The notes beneath the pieces were generated by a model. The model did not search any database. It was not told the origin of the DNA and worked only from the letters and a program-made list of their open reading frames with translations. 22,196 bases of DNA, from positions 85,141-107,336 of IMG/VR virus record IMGVR_UViG_3300016474_000800; one strand, given 5' to 3'. This document shows, one piece after another, positions 8,372 through 17,354 of the stretch. A program made the translations under genes and the position numbers. The DNA is from a virus. Numbering within the stretch: position 1 is the first letter of the stretch; each line of letters starts with the position of its first letter.

Positions 8372-8543
8372 TGTAGATCTGAACAGGATAGTGCAGTTAG
8401 TGATGAAGGCATATCACAACTCTTATAACCATTATAACCAAGGCACACCGACTAGTGATGTAGTTGAATTATATGTTCGCAGGGCATTAATGGAAGAATT
8501 TGGTTCCACCAAGAACGGCACAAAAACACTTTTACAAGGATAA
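8361..8543 (+). CDS. Small hypothetical protein (~60 aa)
   Basis: GGAGG at 8350-8354 precedes ATG 8361/8364; overlaps the recA end. Confidence 0.6.
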   Translation: MMNDVDLNRIVQLVMKAYHNSYNHYNQGTPTSDVVELYVRRALMEEFGSTKNGTKTLLQG

Positions 8544-8549
8544 GTTATT

Positions 8550-8756
8550 ATGAAAAACAACACCGTATACCAATTCGTATTGTTTTACAACCCAACATCA
8601 AAAGAACTTCACGAAGAAACCTCTCCAGAAATCATTGATAGTGGGTTTGTCATTGCACCGGATGTAGAACGTGCGAAACTGATTGCCTCTAGAAAATTAA
8701 CAGCAGATTGGGATGCGTTTATTACTGATATTCAGGTATTAGTTCGCCCTTTCTAA
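8550..8756 (+). CDS. Small hypothetical protein (68 aa, ends VLVRPF); probably also a 136-aa -1 frameshifted form ending at 8959
   Basis: The ORF ends on C CCT TTC TAA; the -1 frame is open from 8747 to 8959. Confidence 0.75.
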   Translation: MKNNTVYQFVLFYNPTSKELHEETSPEIIDSGFVIAPDVERAKLIASRKLTADWDAFITDIQVLVRPF

Positions 8757-8848
8757 GTAGCCCCAACCCGTTTGAGGGTGTGTTGTTAACGATTCCTCCT
8801 GTCGAGGAAAGGGGTTCGTTAGCAATACGCCCTCAAATTGGTTGGGGC
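8747..8848 (+). promoter_or_regulatory. Candidate programmed -1 frameshift signal (slippery heptamer + stimulatory hairpin)
   Basis: X XXY YYZ heptamer C CCT TTC (8747-8753), 6-nt spacer, hairpin 8760-8848 with more than 30 bp. Confidence 0.72.
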
Positions 8849-8951
8849 ATACCCACTATACCCGGAACGATCTCGCCATACGTGGGACCGGTATCCGTAG
8901 GAAACTCTTACACAACGACAACTCTACGATTTACTGACACTACTACTGACA

Positions 8952-9989
8952 ATGGATAATTTACAAGAAGTTTTCCAAAACATGAAGTTTGGTGTAAATG
9001 AAAAAGGTATGTCGTACAATGGTAATGTGTTAATTATTGACGCATTAAATACATTTCTTCGATCATACGCCGCCGTACCCTCAATGGATGACAATGGAAA
9101 TCACATTGGGGGTATGGTGGGATTTTTTAAGAGTCTTGGATTCGCCATTCGCACGTTTAAACCAACCCGCGTAATTGTTGTTTTTGACGGAAAGGGTGGG
9201 AGTCAACGCCGACGAAAAGTATACCCTGACTACAAAAAGAACAGAAAACCCCCCGTGCGGTTAAATCGGTCGTATGATCTAACCACAGATGAGCAAGAAC
9301 GTGATAACATGAAATATCAATTGGTAACACTCATTGAAATGATTGAATGTTTACCAGTAACTTTGATGGCACTTGATAATGTTGAAGCAGACGATGTTAT
9401 TGCGTACTTGACACAATTAATTACCGCAGAAAACGGGAAGAGTTTGGTATACTCAACTGACAAGGATTTCTTTCAACTCGCATCACCATCCGTTACAATC
9501 TATAATCCAGTAAAGAAAAAAACATTTACTGAGGAAATTATTTTGGAAGAATTCGGTATTCACCCAAAACATTTTCACTTTTTCCGCGCGTTGAACGGTG
9601 ACGCCAGTGATAATATCAACGGTGTGAAGGGAGTTGGACAAATAACCCTCAAAAAGTTGTTACCGGAGTTATCAGATCCGACTGCACAAATGAATGTTGA
9701 TTTTATTCGTCAAAAATATTCTACGAGTAAAAAAGTACCAAAACTAATAACAACGATTTTAAATAACGTAGAATTGATTGATCGTAATTTGTATTTAATG
9801 AATCTACATGAAGGGGTAATTTCGGCAGACTCCCGACTTAAAGTGGCTAACTTGTTTCACCAAACAAAACCCACGTTACAAAAGTATGACTTGACAAAGT
9901 TAATGATACGTTCTAAGTTACTAAATGCGTTTCCATCATATGATACATGGATAATGCAAACGTTTGTTCCTTTAAGTAGATTTCAATGA
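8952..9989 (+). CDS. 5'-3' exonuclease / flap endonuclease (T4 RNase H / PolI N-domain-like)
   Basis: LIIDALN, VVFDGKG, RRKVYPDYKKNR, VEADDVIA, STDKDFFQL, GDASDNINGVKGVG. Confidence 0.93.
   Translation: MDNLQEVFQNMKFGVNEKGMSYNGNVLIIDALNTFLRSYAAVPSMDDNGNHIGGMVGFFKSLGFAIRTFKPTRVIVVFDGKGGSQRRRKVYPDYKKNRKPPVRLNRSYDLTTDEQERDNMKYQLVTLIEMIECLPVTLMALDNVEADDVIAYLTQLITAENGKSLVYSTDKDFFQLASPSVTIYNPVKKKTFTEEIILEEFGIHPKHFHFFRALNGDASDNINGVKGVGQITLKKLLPELSDPTAQMNVDFIRQKYSTSKKVPKLITTILNNVELIDRNLYLMNLHEGVISADSRLKVANLFHQTKPTLQKYDLTKLMIRSKLLNAFPSYDTWIMQTFVPLSRFQ
9891..9919 (+). promoter_or_regulatory. Possible internal sigma70-type promoter for the helicase
   Basis: TTGACA-N17-TAAGTT inside the exonuclease 3' end, about 77 nt before the helicase ATG. 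Confidence 0.4.
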
Positions 9990-9995
9990 GGTTAT

Positions 9996-11384
9996 ATGAT
10001 GCAAGAAAGTGATGTACAAGTAGACAATCTGACAAAATTTGGACCTGCATTTCAGGTCAAAGTGTTGGCAAATTTAATAAATTCTGCACCGTTCTTACAA
10101 CAGTCGTTGGATGTATTGAATCCCAAGTTTTTCGATACTGATGCGGGCCGTTGGATTGTCGGTACAACGATTGACTATTACCAAGAATATCGCACGACTC
10201 CGACCCTTGAAGTTTTCAAAATTGAACTAAATAAGCAAACTGATGAAATACTCAAGGTTGCTGTTAAAGAACAGTTACGTTCTGTCTTTCAACGAAAGAA
10301 CGATGATGATCTTGAATACGTAAAAAATAGTTTTTTGGAATTTGCAAAACAGCAAGCACTTAAGACTGCCATTATCAAGTCTGTGGATCTTTTACAGATG
10401 GGTAAATACGGGGATATTAAATCACTAGTAGATACTGCCTTAAAGGCAGGTCAACCCCGAAACATTGGGCACAACTGGAAGGAAGATTTCAATATTCGTC
10501 TAAGTGGAAATGCGCGTATTGTAATTCCTACTGGATGGCCCGCGCTTGATAGTTTGATTGGTGGTGGATTAGGCGCAGGTGAGTTGGGTGTATTCGCTGC
10601 GCCGCCAGGTATCGGTAAAAGTTGGTTGTTGTCTACGATTGGTGCGAACGCGGCGCGTGCAGGACGAACGGTGGCACATTATACATTAGAACTAAACGAA
10701 AATTATGTCGGGCTTCGATACGATACAATCTATACGGGTATTGAGTCTGGAAAACTTATTGACAACGCCCAGAGGGTGTTAGAAACGGTAGAATCCATAC
10801 CGGGAAATGTGATTGTTAAGTATTATGCCGCACGTACAATTACAACCAATACGATACAAGCTCATTTTGAAAATTTGATCAGTAGTAAGATCAAACCCGA
10901 CATTATCATTATTGACTATGCCGATTTGATGAATTCATCTACACGGTTGGATAATCAATATCAAGAAATGGGCCGCGTATATGAAGAATTACGAACAATG
11001 GGAGCCGAACTTAAGGTACCATGCTGGACTGCGTCACAAACACAACGTAGTAGTACACAAGATGATGTTATCGAAGCCGATAAGATCGCAGATAGTTTTC
11101 AGAAAATTATGACCGCAGATCTTGTTGTCTCACTAAGTAGAAAGTTGGACGATAAGAAAAATCACACAGGTCGAGCGCACGTCATTAAAAACCGATTCGG
11201 AAAAGATGGTGTTACCTTCCCGATGCACATGAATACTGAAATTGGTAAGATTGAAATTTTTGACGAATATTCGCCTGATGGTGAAACGATTAATCGACAA
11301 ATGCAGAGCAGCCACGAAGAAGTTAAGAAGGCGCTTGCTAAGAAGTTTAATCAGTTACACGGTGATTTAAGGGACATTGGATGA
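9996..11384 (+). CDS. DnaB-like replicative helicase (T4 gp41-like)
   Basis: IPTGW, Walker A APPGIGKS, YTLELNE, IIIDYAD, WTASQ, KNRFG. Confidence 0.93.
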   Translation: MMQESDVQVDNLTKFGPAFQVKVLANLINSAPFLQQSLDVLNPKFFDTDAGRWIVGTTIDYYQEYRTTPTLEVFKIELNKQTDEILKVAVKEQLRSVFQRKNDDDLEYVKNSFLEFAKQQALKTAIIKSVDLLQMGKYGDIKSLVDTALKAGQPRNIGHNWKEDFNIRLSGNARIVIPTGWPALDSLIGGGLGAGELGVFAAPPGIGKSWLLSTIGANAARAGRTVAHYTLELNENYVGLRYDTIYTGIESGKLIDNAQRVLETVESIPGNVIVKYYAARTITTNTIQAHFENLISSKIKPDIIIIDYADLMNSSTRLDNQYQEMGRVYEELRTMGAELKVPCWTASQTQRSSTQDDVIEADKIADSFQKIMTADLVVSLSRKLDDKKNHTGRAHVIKNRFGKDGVTFPMHMNTEIGKIEIFDEYSPDGETINRQMQSSHEEVKKALAKKFNQLHGDLRDIG

Positions 11385-11426
11385 CTATTTATATGAACCT
11401 ATGACACCAAAATTTGGAGATATAAG

Positions 11427-13280
11427 ATGTTGACTTTAGAAGCAAAACTACTATCAGAAATTACTTCGTTTCTCAAATACGCAAAGTATTTACCAGACAA
11501 GCAACGCAGAGAAACGTGGGATGAGTTGGTAGATAGAAATGAAAATATGCATATTAAGAAGTTTCCGCAACTTGAAAATGAAATTCGTTGGGCATATGGG
11601 TATGTTCGGAGAAAGGAAATTTTACCGTCCATGCGTTCTATGCAATTTGCCGGGAGGCCAATCGAACTAAATAATGCCCGAATTTATAACTGTTGTTTCT
11701 TACCGATAGATCACCCCGATGCTTTTAGTGAAGTCATGTTTCTTCTATTGTCGGGTACTGGTGTAGGCTACTCGGTACAACGTCATCATGTAGAAAAACT
11801 CCCCGATATTCACAAACCTACCAAGACACGCCGATACTTGGTTGGTGATTCTATTGAAGGTTGGGCGGATGCCGTTAAAGTATTGATATCTGCGTATATG
11901 CGTGGAAAAGCACTTCCGCTGTTTGATTTTAGTGATGTTCGTCCGAAAGGTGCAATGTTGGTCACCGCCGGCGGAAAAGCGCCTGGGCCGGAACCATTAA
12001 AGGATTGTTTACATAATATTCAAAAGATTCTTGATCGTAAGGAAAATGGTGAACAATTATTGTCAATTGAAGTGCACGATATTCTTTGTTACATTGCCGA
12101 TGCGGTATTGTCCGGTGGTATTCGTCGATCAGCAATGATCAGTCTCTTTGATTTGGACGATGAGGATATGTTGACCTGTAAGTTCGGTAACTGGTGGGAA
12201 TTAAACCCTCAACGTGGTCGTTCAAATAACACTGCGGTAATCGTTCGACATAAGATTGAAAAAGAAGTATTCTTAAATCTCTGGAAGAAAATTGAACATT
12301 CCGGTTCTGGTGAGCCAGGATTCATGTTTACGAACGACCCAAATTGGGGATTGAATCCATGCGCTGAAATTTCGTTACGACCATTTCAATTTTGTAATCT
12401 ATGTGAGATTAATGTATCGAATCTTCGGGACCAAGAAGATTTGAACAATCGTGCCCGCGCATCTGCGCTCATCGGAACGTTACAAGCGAGTTATACCGAC
12501 TTTCATTACCTACGTGACATTTGGAAGAAAACCACAGAAAAAGAAGCGTTAATTGGTGTAGGACAAACTGGTATTGCAACCGGGAAAGTTTTACAATTGG
12601 ACAATGAAGAAGCAGCACGCGTGGTCAAGAAAGAAAATGAAATTATAGCAGGAAGAATTGGTATTAACAAAGCTGCACGTACCACCACCGTCAAACCAAG
12701 TGGTACTACTTCTCTAGTCCTCGGAACGTCTTCGGGAATTCATGCGTGGCATAATGATTACTATATTCGTAGAATCAGAATTGGTAAGAATGAAAGTCTA
12801 TACACATACCTTCTGCTAAATCATCCTGAATTGTTGGAAGATGAATTCTTCAAACCACACCAACAGGCCGTTATTAGTATTCCACAACGCGCACCTGAGG
12901 GAGCAATTACTCGTCAAGAATCTGCATTAGATTTATTACAACGTGTAAGTCATGTGTGGAATACATGGGTCCGTTCCGGACATCGTAAGGGAGAAAACAA
13001 AAATAACGTATCCGTCACGGTGTCTATTAAACCAGATGAATGGGAACCGGTTGGTGAATGGATGTGGGCAAACAAGGAAAACTTCACTGCGTTATCTGTA
13101 CTACCGCACTCGGATCATAGTTATATCCAAGCTCCCTTTACCGATTGTACAAAAGAAGAATACGAAGAGTTGGTATCACATTTACATGCAATTGATTTAA
13201 GTCAGGTGATAGAGGTAAGTGATACTACTAATCTGTCTGGAGAGCTCGCGTGTTCGGCCGGTGGATGTGAGGTCGTATGA
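11427..13280 (+). CDS. nrdJ: Class II (adenosylcobalamin-dependent) ribonucleotide reductase
   Basis: RRETWDE, LPSMRS, YNCC, GTGVGYS, GGIRRSAMI, NPCAEI-CNLCE, TTVKPSGT, C-terminal ACSAGGCEV; no beta subunit gene nearby. Confidence 0.92.
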   Translation: MLTLEAKLLSEITSFLKYAKYLPDKQRRETWDELVDRNENMHIKKFPQLENEIRWAYGYVRRKEILPSMRSMQFAGRPIELNNARIYNCCFLPIDHPDAFSEVMFLLLSGTGVGYSVQRHHVEKLPDIHKPTKTRRYLVGDSIEGWADAVKVLISAYMRGKALPLFDFSDVRPKGAMLVTAGGKAPGPEPLKDCLHNIQKILDRKENGEQLLSIEVHDILCYIADAVLSGGIRRSAMISLFDLDDEDMLTCKFGNWWELNPQRGRSNNTAVIVRHKIEKEVFLNLWKKIEHSGSGEPGFMFTNDPNWGLNPCAEISLRPFQFCNLCEINVSNLRDQEDLNNRARASALIGTLQASYTDFHYLRDIWKKTTEKEALIGVGQTGIATGKVLQLDNEEAARVVKKENEIIAGRIGINKAARTTTVKPSGTTSLVLGTSSGIHAWHNDYYIRRIRIGKNESLYTYLLLNHPELLEDEFFKPHQQAVISIPQRAPEGAITRQESALDLLQRVSHVWNTWVRSGHRKGENKNNVSVTVSIKPDEWEPVGEWMWANKENFTALSVLPHSDHSYIQAPFTDCTKEEYEELVSHLHAIDLSQVIEVSDTTNLSGELACSAGGCEVV

Positions 13281-13534
13281 GACAGGTATTGAAGTTTTCG
13301 GCAAACTGGTGCCAACCGTGTAAAATGTTGGCACCAGCATATGCTTCATTTATTGAAGCATATCCAGATATAGAATTTCAATCAATAGATGTTGAAGAAA
13401 ACCGCGAACTAACCGAAGAGTTTTCTATCAAATCGGTACCCACCGTAGTCTTTTTAAAGGACGGGGTCGAAGTAAAACGTTTGGTTGGAGTGCAATCTAA
13501 AATAACTTATATCGAAACACTAGACACACTCTAG
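13277..13534 (+). CDS. Thioredoxin
   Basis: FSANWCQPCK, IKSVPT; ATGA-coupled to nrdJ. Confidence 0.92.
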   Translation: MRQVLKFSANWCQPCKMLAPAYASFIEAYPDIEFQSIDVEENRELTEEFSIKSVPTVVFLKDGVEVKRLVGVQSKITYIETLDTL

Positions 13535-13887
13535 TGTTAAACAAAATAGAAACATCGGTATATAACATCTTAAAGGACTTGAAAGCAAGGTTTACGTTAC
13601 AGGTCATGATTGATAGATATAACGTTGACTTTTTGGTGGATAACAAGTACATTATAGAATGTTATGGTGACTTTTGGCATTGTAATCCCCAACGATATGG
13701 GCCAGATTATTATAACAAAAGCAAAAAAAAGACTGCTAAAGAAATTTGGGCACGAGACAAAGAACGTCAAGAACGATTTAAGTCTCTGGGATACGAGTTT
13801 TTGAATATTTGGGAACACGATCTTCGTAACAATCCAAAAAAAGTAAGAAAAAGAGTGAAGAATTTTTTAAGAGGAAATATTACATGA
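13534..13887 (+). CDS. Vsr/DUF559-like endonuclease
   Basis: YNVDF...IIECYGDFWH...RDKER...GYEFLNIWEHD; GTG start overlapping the upstream TAG. Confidence 0.8.
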   Translation: MLNKIETSVYNILKDLKARFTLQVMIDRYNVDFLVDNKYIIECYGDFWHCNPQRYGPDYYNKSKKKTAKEIWARDKERQERFKSLGYEFLNIWEHDLRNNPKKVRKRVKNFLRGNIT

Positions 13888-14258
13888 TACAAGAAATCAC
13901 ACAACGTGATATTGTAGAACACAATATATTAAACGGTACGGACTTAGTTGTTTTAATGTTTTATGGTCCTACTTGTGGTCCATGTCGTGCAACGATACCG
14001 TATTATGAGCAAGTTGCACAATTCTATACAGAAAAACAGGCTCGGATACGGTTTTACAAAATTAATGCGTGGGAACCGGAAGAACAGAAGACATACATTA
14101 CTGAAGTCTGGAAGGTGACAGGCGTCCCGACATTTAAACTGTTTAACCATGATATTGTTGTCGCAGATAAAGTGGGTGGTGGTGATTTCAATGAACTTCA
14201 TAAGTTAGTACACAGTGCTATTGATGAATCATTCAAATTATTTGAGGAGAAGATTTAA
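13884..14258 (+). CDS. Thioredoxin-like protein
   Basis: FYGPTCGPCR, VTGVPTF. Confidence 0.85.
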   Translation: MIQEITQRDIVEHNILNGTDLVVLMFYGPTCGPCRATIPYYEQVAQFYTEKQARIRFYKINAWEPEEQKTYITEVWKVTGVPTFKLFNHDIVVADKVGGGDFNELHKLVHSAIDESFKLFEEKI

Positions 14259-14678
14259 ATGAAAGTAAAACGACTATCCCCTTCCGCAAAGTTACCGACG
14301 AAGGCACACGCGGGCGATTTAGGTTATGACTTATATGCATCACAACCAACAACAATATGGCCGGGAGAAACAACGTTGATAGAAACTGACATCGCGATTC
14401 AGTTTCCACCCGGCCTTGGTGGTATAATCAAAGATCGCTCATCCATTGCAACTAAACGCCACTTATTTACAGTATCGGGTGTTATTGATAGTGGGTATAT
14501 TGGGGCGATTAAAGTTGCAATACACAACGCATCGGAACATATTCAAGCTGTCGCCGTTGGGGACAAGATCGCACAAATGATTTTAACAAGTGTTATTAAT
14601 TCCGATCCCGTGGAAGTGGATGAGTTAATATCACTAGATAATAGAGGGGTTGGTGGATTCGGAAGCACCGGGTCTTGA
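14259..14678 (+). CDS. dut: Trimeric dUTPase
   Basis: GYDL, RSS, GVIDSGYIG, GDKIAQ, RGVGGFGSTG. Confidence 0.96.
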   Translation: MKVKRLSPSAKLPTKAHAGDLGYDLYASQPTTIWPGETTLIETDIAIQFPPGLGGIIKDRSSIATKRHLFTVSGVIDSGYIGAIKVAIHNASEHIQAVAVGDKIAQMILTSVINSDPVEVDELISLDNRGVGGFGSTGS

Positions 14679-14703
14679 CTAACGTGATGTGGTGTTATAC
14701 ATT
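14675..14703 (+). promoter_or_regulatory. Sigma70-type promoter for the family B polymerase
   Basis: TTGACT (14675-14680)-N17-TACATT (14698-14703). Confidence 0.65.
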
Positions 14704-14729
14704 TCGTGTATGACACCACATTTCATTTT
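14687..14729 (+). terminator. Intrinsic terminator-like hairpin after dut
   Basis: ATGTGGTGTTATACAT-TTC-GTGTATGACACCACAT (16 bp, two G-U pairs) followed by TTCATTTT. Confidence 0.6.
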
Positions 14730-14734
14730 ATACT

Positions 14735-17353
14735 ATGGCATATCAAAATATTTACATCGACTCCTCTAACGACGAGCAAGTCGTATATGTGTGGGATGAC
14801 ACTAATGGGTTATTAACCTATCCGTGGTCCCAATTCAATTACGCTTATACCGAAAATCCAAACGGCAAGTTCTTAAGTATGGATGGAAAAAAACTCAAAA
14901 AGGTATACGGTAATTTTCGTAATAAACCAAATTTTTATGAAACTGATCTTCCACGGGAGACTCGGGTATTAACTGACTTATATCTACGAGAAGATGAACC
15001 TTCTGTGGGGAATATTGTCATGTTTTTTGACATTGAGGTGTCTATGAAAACTGGACTACCCAATGTTAAAACGGCAAATAATGAAATTACATCTATTGCG
15101 ATGTTTGATCCACTAACATCGAAGTATACGGTTTTCGTGCTTGATGAAGTACAACGATACACAAACCGACACTCAGACGAAGTTGACGTAATATTCTGCG
15201 GTACAGAAAAACAATTATTGTTGGAGTTCATGTCCCTGTATGAACAAATTCAACCAACGATTATTACTGGATGGAACAGTAATGACTTCGACGTTCCCTA
15301 TCTCTACAAAAGAATACAAAACATTTGTGGGAGTAGTATTGCCAACCGTTTGAGTCCCATCGGGAAGGTCAAGTATTCTGATGCCAAGGAGAAGTATAGA
15401 ATTGCAGGAGTATCATCACTAGACTACCTTGACTTGTACAAAAAGTTTACGTATGTACAACAACCCAACTATCGACTTGATACAATTGGACGAATAGAAG
15501 TTGGTATGGGGAAGGTCGCGTACGAGGGGTCATTGGACCAATTATTCTGTGACGATCTAGATAAGTTTATTGAATATAACTTACAGGACGTACGTATTAT
15601 TGTTGAGTTGGACAAAAAGTTAAAACTCATAGAACTTGTTCGTGGTATATGTCACATTGGACACGTTCCATATGAAGACTATTATATGAGTTCTCGTTTT
15701 CTTGAAGGTACAATTGTTACATACCTTCACCGTCAAAATATCATCGTGTCCAACAAACCCACCGATTCTAAGGAAAAAATGGAAGCGTTGGATGCCGGGG
15801 AAGAAGGGTTTACCGGTGCGTATGTGAAGGTGCCCATGCCTGATGTATACGATTGGATATATTCACTTGACTTACAGTCACTTTATCCAAGTATCATCAT
15901 GAGTTTAAACATTAGTCCCGAAACAAAGTTTGGATTTGTTAGAAATTGGGATGTTGATAAACACATTAATCGCGAGATACAAGAGTATGATGTTGAACCG
16001 TTACGCAGTGCTAAAAAATATGTATTGGACCACGACTCGTTTGTTACGTTCATGCAAGAAAACAATCTATCAATCAGTTCTAACGGTGTATTGTATAACA
16101 ACAATACAACAGGCATTATCCCAGAAGTACTTGACATTTGGTTCAAACAACGAGTCGAATACAAAAACACCATGAAGAAGTATGTGAATGAGGGAAATAA
16201 AGAACTCGCGGAATACTATGATCGTCGTCAACATATCCAAAAGATCTTCCTAAATTCACTATATGGGGTGTTAGGCCTTCCCGTGTTTCGGTTCTATGAT
16301 GTTGATAACGCGGCTGCCGTCACGTTGTCTGGGCAAGACGTTATTAAAAACTCTGCACGGTTTGTGAATAACTTGTATAAATCAAAAAATGTTGTACCGA
16401 AGACAAAAGGGTGGACGGATCGTTATTGGAATGTCTTAAAGAAGGACGCGAAAACGCGAAAATTACCGACACCCGACTATCCAGACAACTCAGATCACTG
16501 CGTATATATTGATACTGACTCTTTGTACTTTTCGTCAAATGTATTTGTAGAAAAATTCTCGTCAGACGAAGAAAAACTTCAATCAACCATTAAGATTGCT
16601 CGGGCAGTAGAATCCACGTTGAACAAGTTTTATGATACTCTTGCACAAGACTTTTTCTTTTGTAAATCTCATAGATTTTATATCAAAGGTGAGTCTATTG
16701 CAAAAACCGGCGTGTGGACCGGGAAGAAACGATACGCGTTAAGTAAAATCTATGATCTAGAAACAGATAAACCTGTGTCAAAAACAGTCTTCAAAGGACT
16801 TGATGTTGTTCGTTCATCATTTCCAAAAGCATTTAAAGAATTTCTTTCTATCATTCTGAATGATTTTCTACAAAAGGCTGACAAGAACACAGTTGATCAA
16901 CGTATTTTGACATTCAAAAATTCATTGGTTGATCTAAATTATTTGGATATTGCACGAAATACTACTGCGAATAACGTATCGCAATTTAGTGCAAACACTA
17001 CAACCGCCGTGAATTCGTACAACCCGAGTACACCATTACACATTAAAGCAGCAATTGCATATAACAAGATGTTACGTTATTATAACATTCACGACAAATA
17101 TGTTCCTATTAGAGATGGTGAGAAGATCAAGTATGTGTACTTAAAAAACAATCCATTATTTATCGAAGCGTTGGCGGTTAAGGGATATGATGATCCACAG
17201 GAAATTGTACAGTTTATTGAACAATACATAGACCACGACACGTTGTTTGAGGCAGAGTTGAAAAATAAACTACAAGATTTATATGAAGCCCTAAACTGGG
17301 GTAATCTCCCGACGAATATTAATCAAAACGCTATGGACTTTTTTCAATTTTAA
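14735..17353 (+). CDS. Family B DNA polymerase with 3'-5' exonuclease (T4 gp43-like)
   Basis: ExoI FFDIEV, ExoII GWNSNDFDVPY, ExoIII YNLQDV; DLQSLYPS, KIFLNSLYG, YIDTDS, KKRY, KGLD. Confidence 0.96.
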   Translation: MAYQNIYIDSSNDEQVVYVWDDTNGLLTYPWSQFNYAYTENPNGKFLSMDGKKLKKVYGNFRNKPNFYETDLPRETRVLTDLYLREDEPSVGNIVMFFDIEVSMKTGLPNVKTANNEITSIAMFDPLTSKYTVFVLDEVQRYTNRHSDEVDVIFCGTEKQLLLEFMSLYEQIQPTIITGWNSNDFDVPYLYKRIQNICGSSIANRLSPIGKVKYSDAKEKYRIAGVSSLDYLDLYKKFTYVQQPNYRLDTIGRIEVGMGKVAYEGSLDQLFCDDLDKFIEYNLQDVRIIVELDKKLKLIELVRGICHIGHVPYEDYYMSSRFLEGTIVTYLHRQNIIVSNKPTDSKEKMEALDAGEEGFTGAYVKVPMPDVYDWIYSLDLQSLYPSIIMSLNISPETKFGFVRNWDVDKHINREIQEYDVEPLRSAKKYVLDHDSFVTFMQENNLSISSNGVLYNNNTTGIIPEVLDIWFKQRVEYKNTMKKYVNEGNKELAEYYDRRQHIQKIFLNSLYGVLGLPVFRFYDVDNAAAVTLSGQDVIKNSARFVNNLYKSKNVVPKTKGWTDRYWNVLKKDAKTRKLPTPDYPDNSDHCVYIDTDSLYFSSNVFVEKFSSDEEKLQSTIKIARAVESTLNKFYDTLAQDFFFCKSHRFYIKGESIAKTGVWTGKKRYALSKIYDLETDKPVSKTVFKGLDVVRSSFPKAFKEFLSIILNDFLQKADKNTVDQRILTFKNSLVDLNYLDIARNTTANNVSQFSANTTTAVNSYNPSTPLHIKAAIAYNKMLRYYNIHDKYVPIRDGEKIKYVYLKNNPLFIEALAVKGYDDPQEIVQFIEQYIDHDTLFEAELKNKLQDLYEALNWGNLPTNINQNAMDFFQF

Positions 17354-17354
17354 T

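Noticed and set aside
8760-8848. tRNA or intrinsic terminator
   Set aside because: It is a single long rod with no cloverleaf or TTC loop and no 3' U-tract.
9996-17353. Inteins or introns in the helicase, NrdJ or PolB
   Set aside because: Lengths are ordinary and no HINT blocks or HN-C/S/T junctions were seen.
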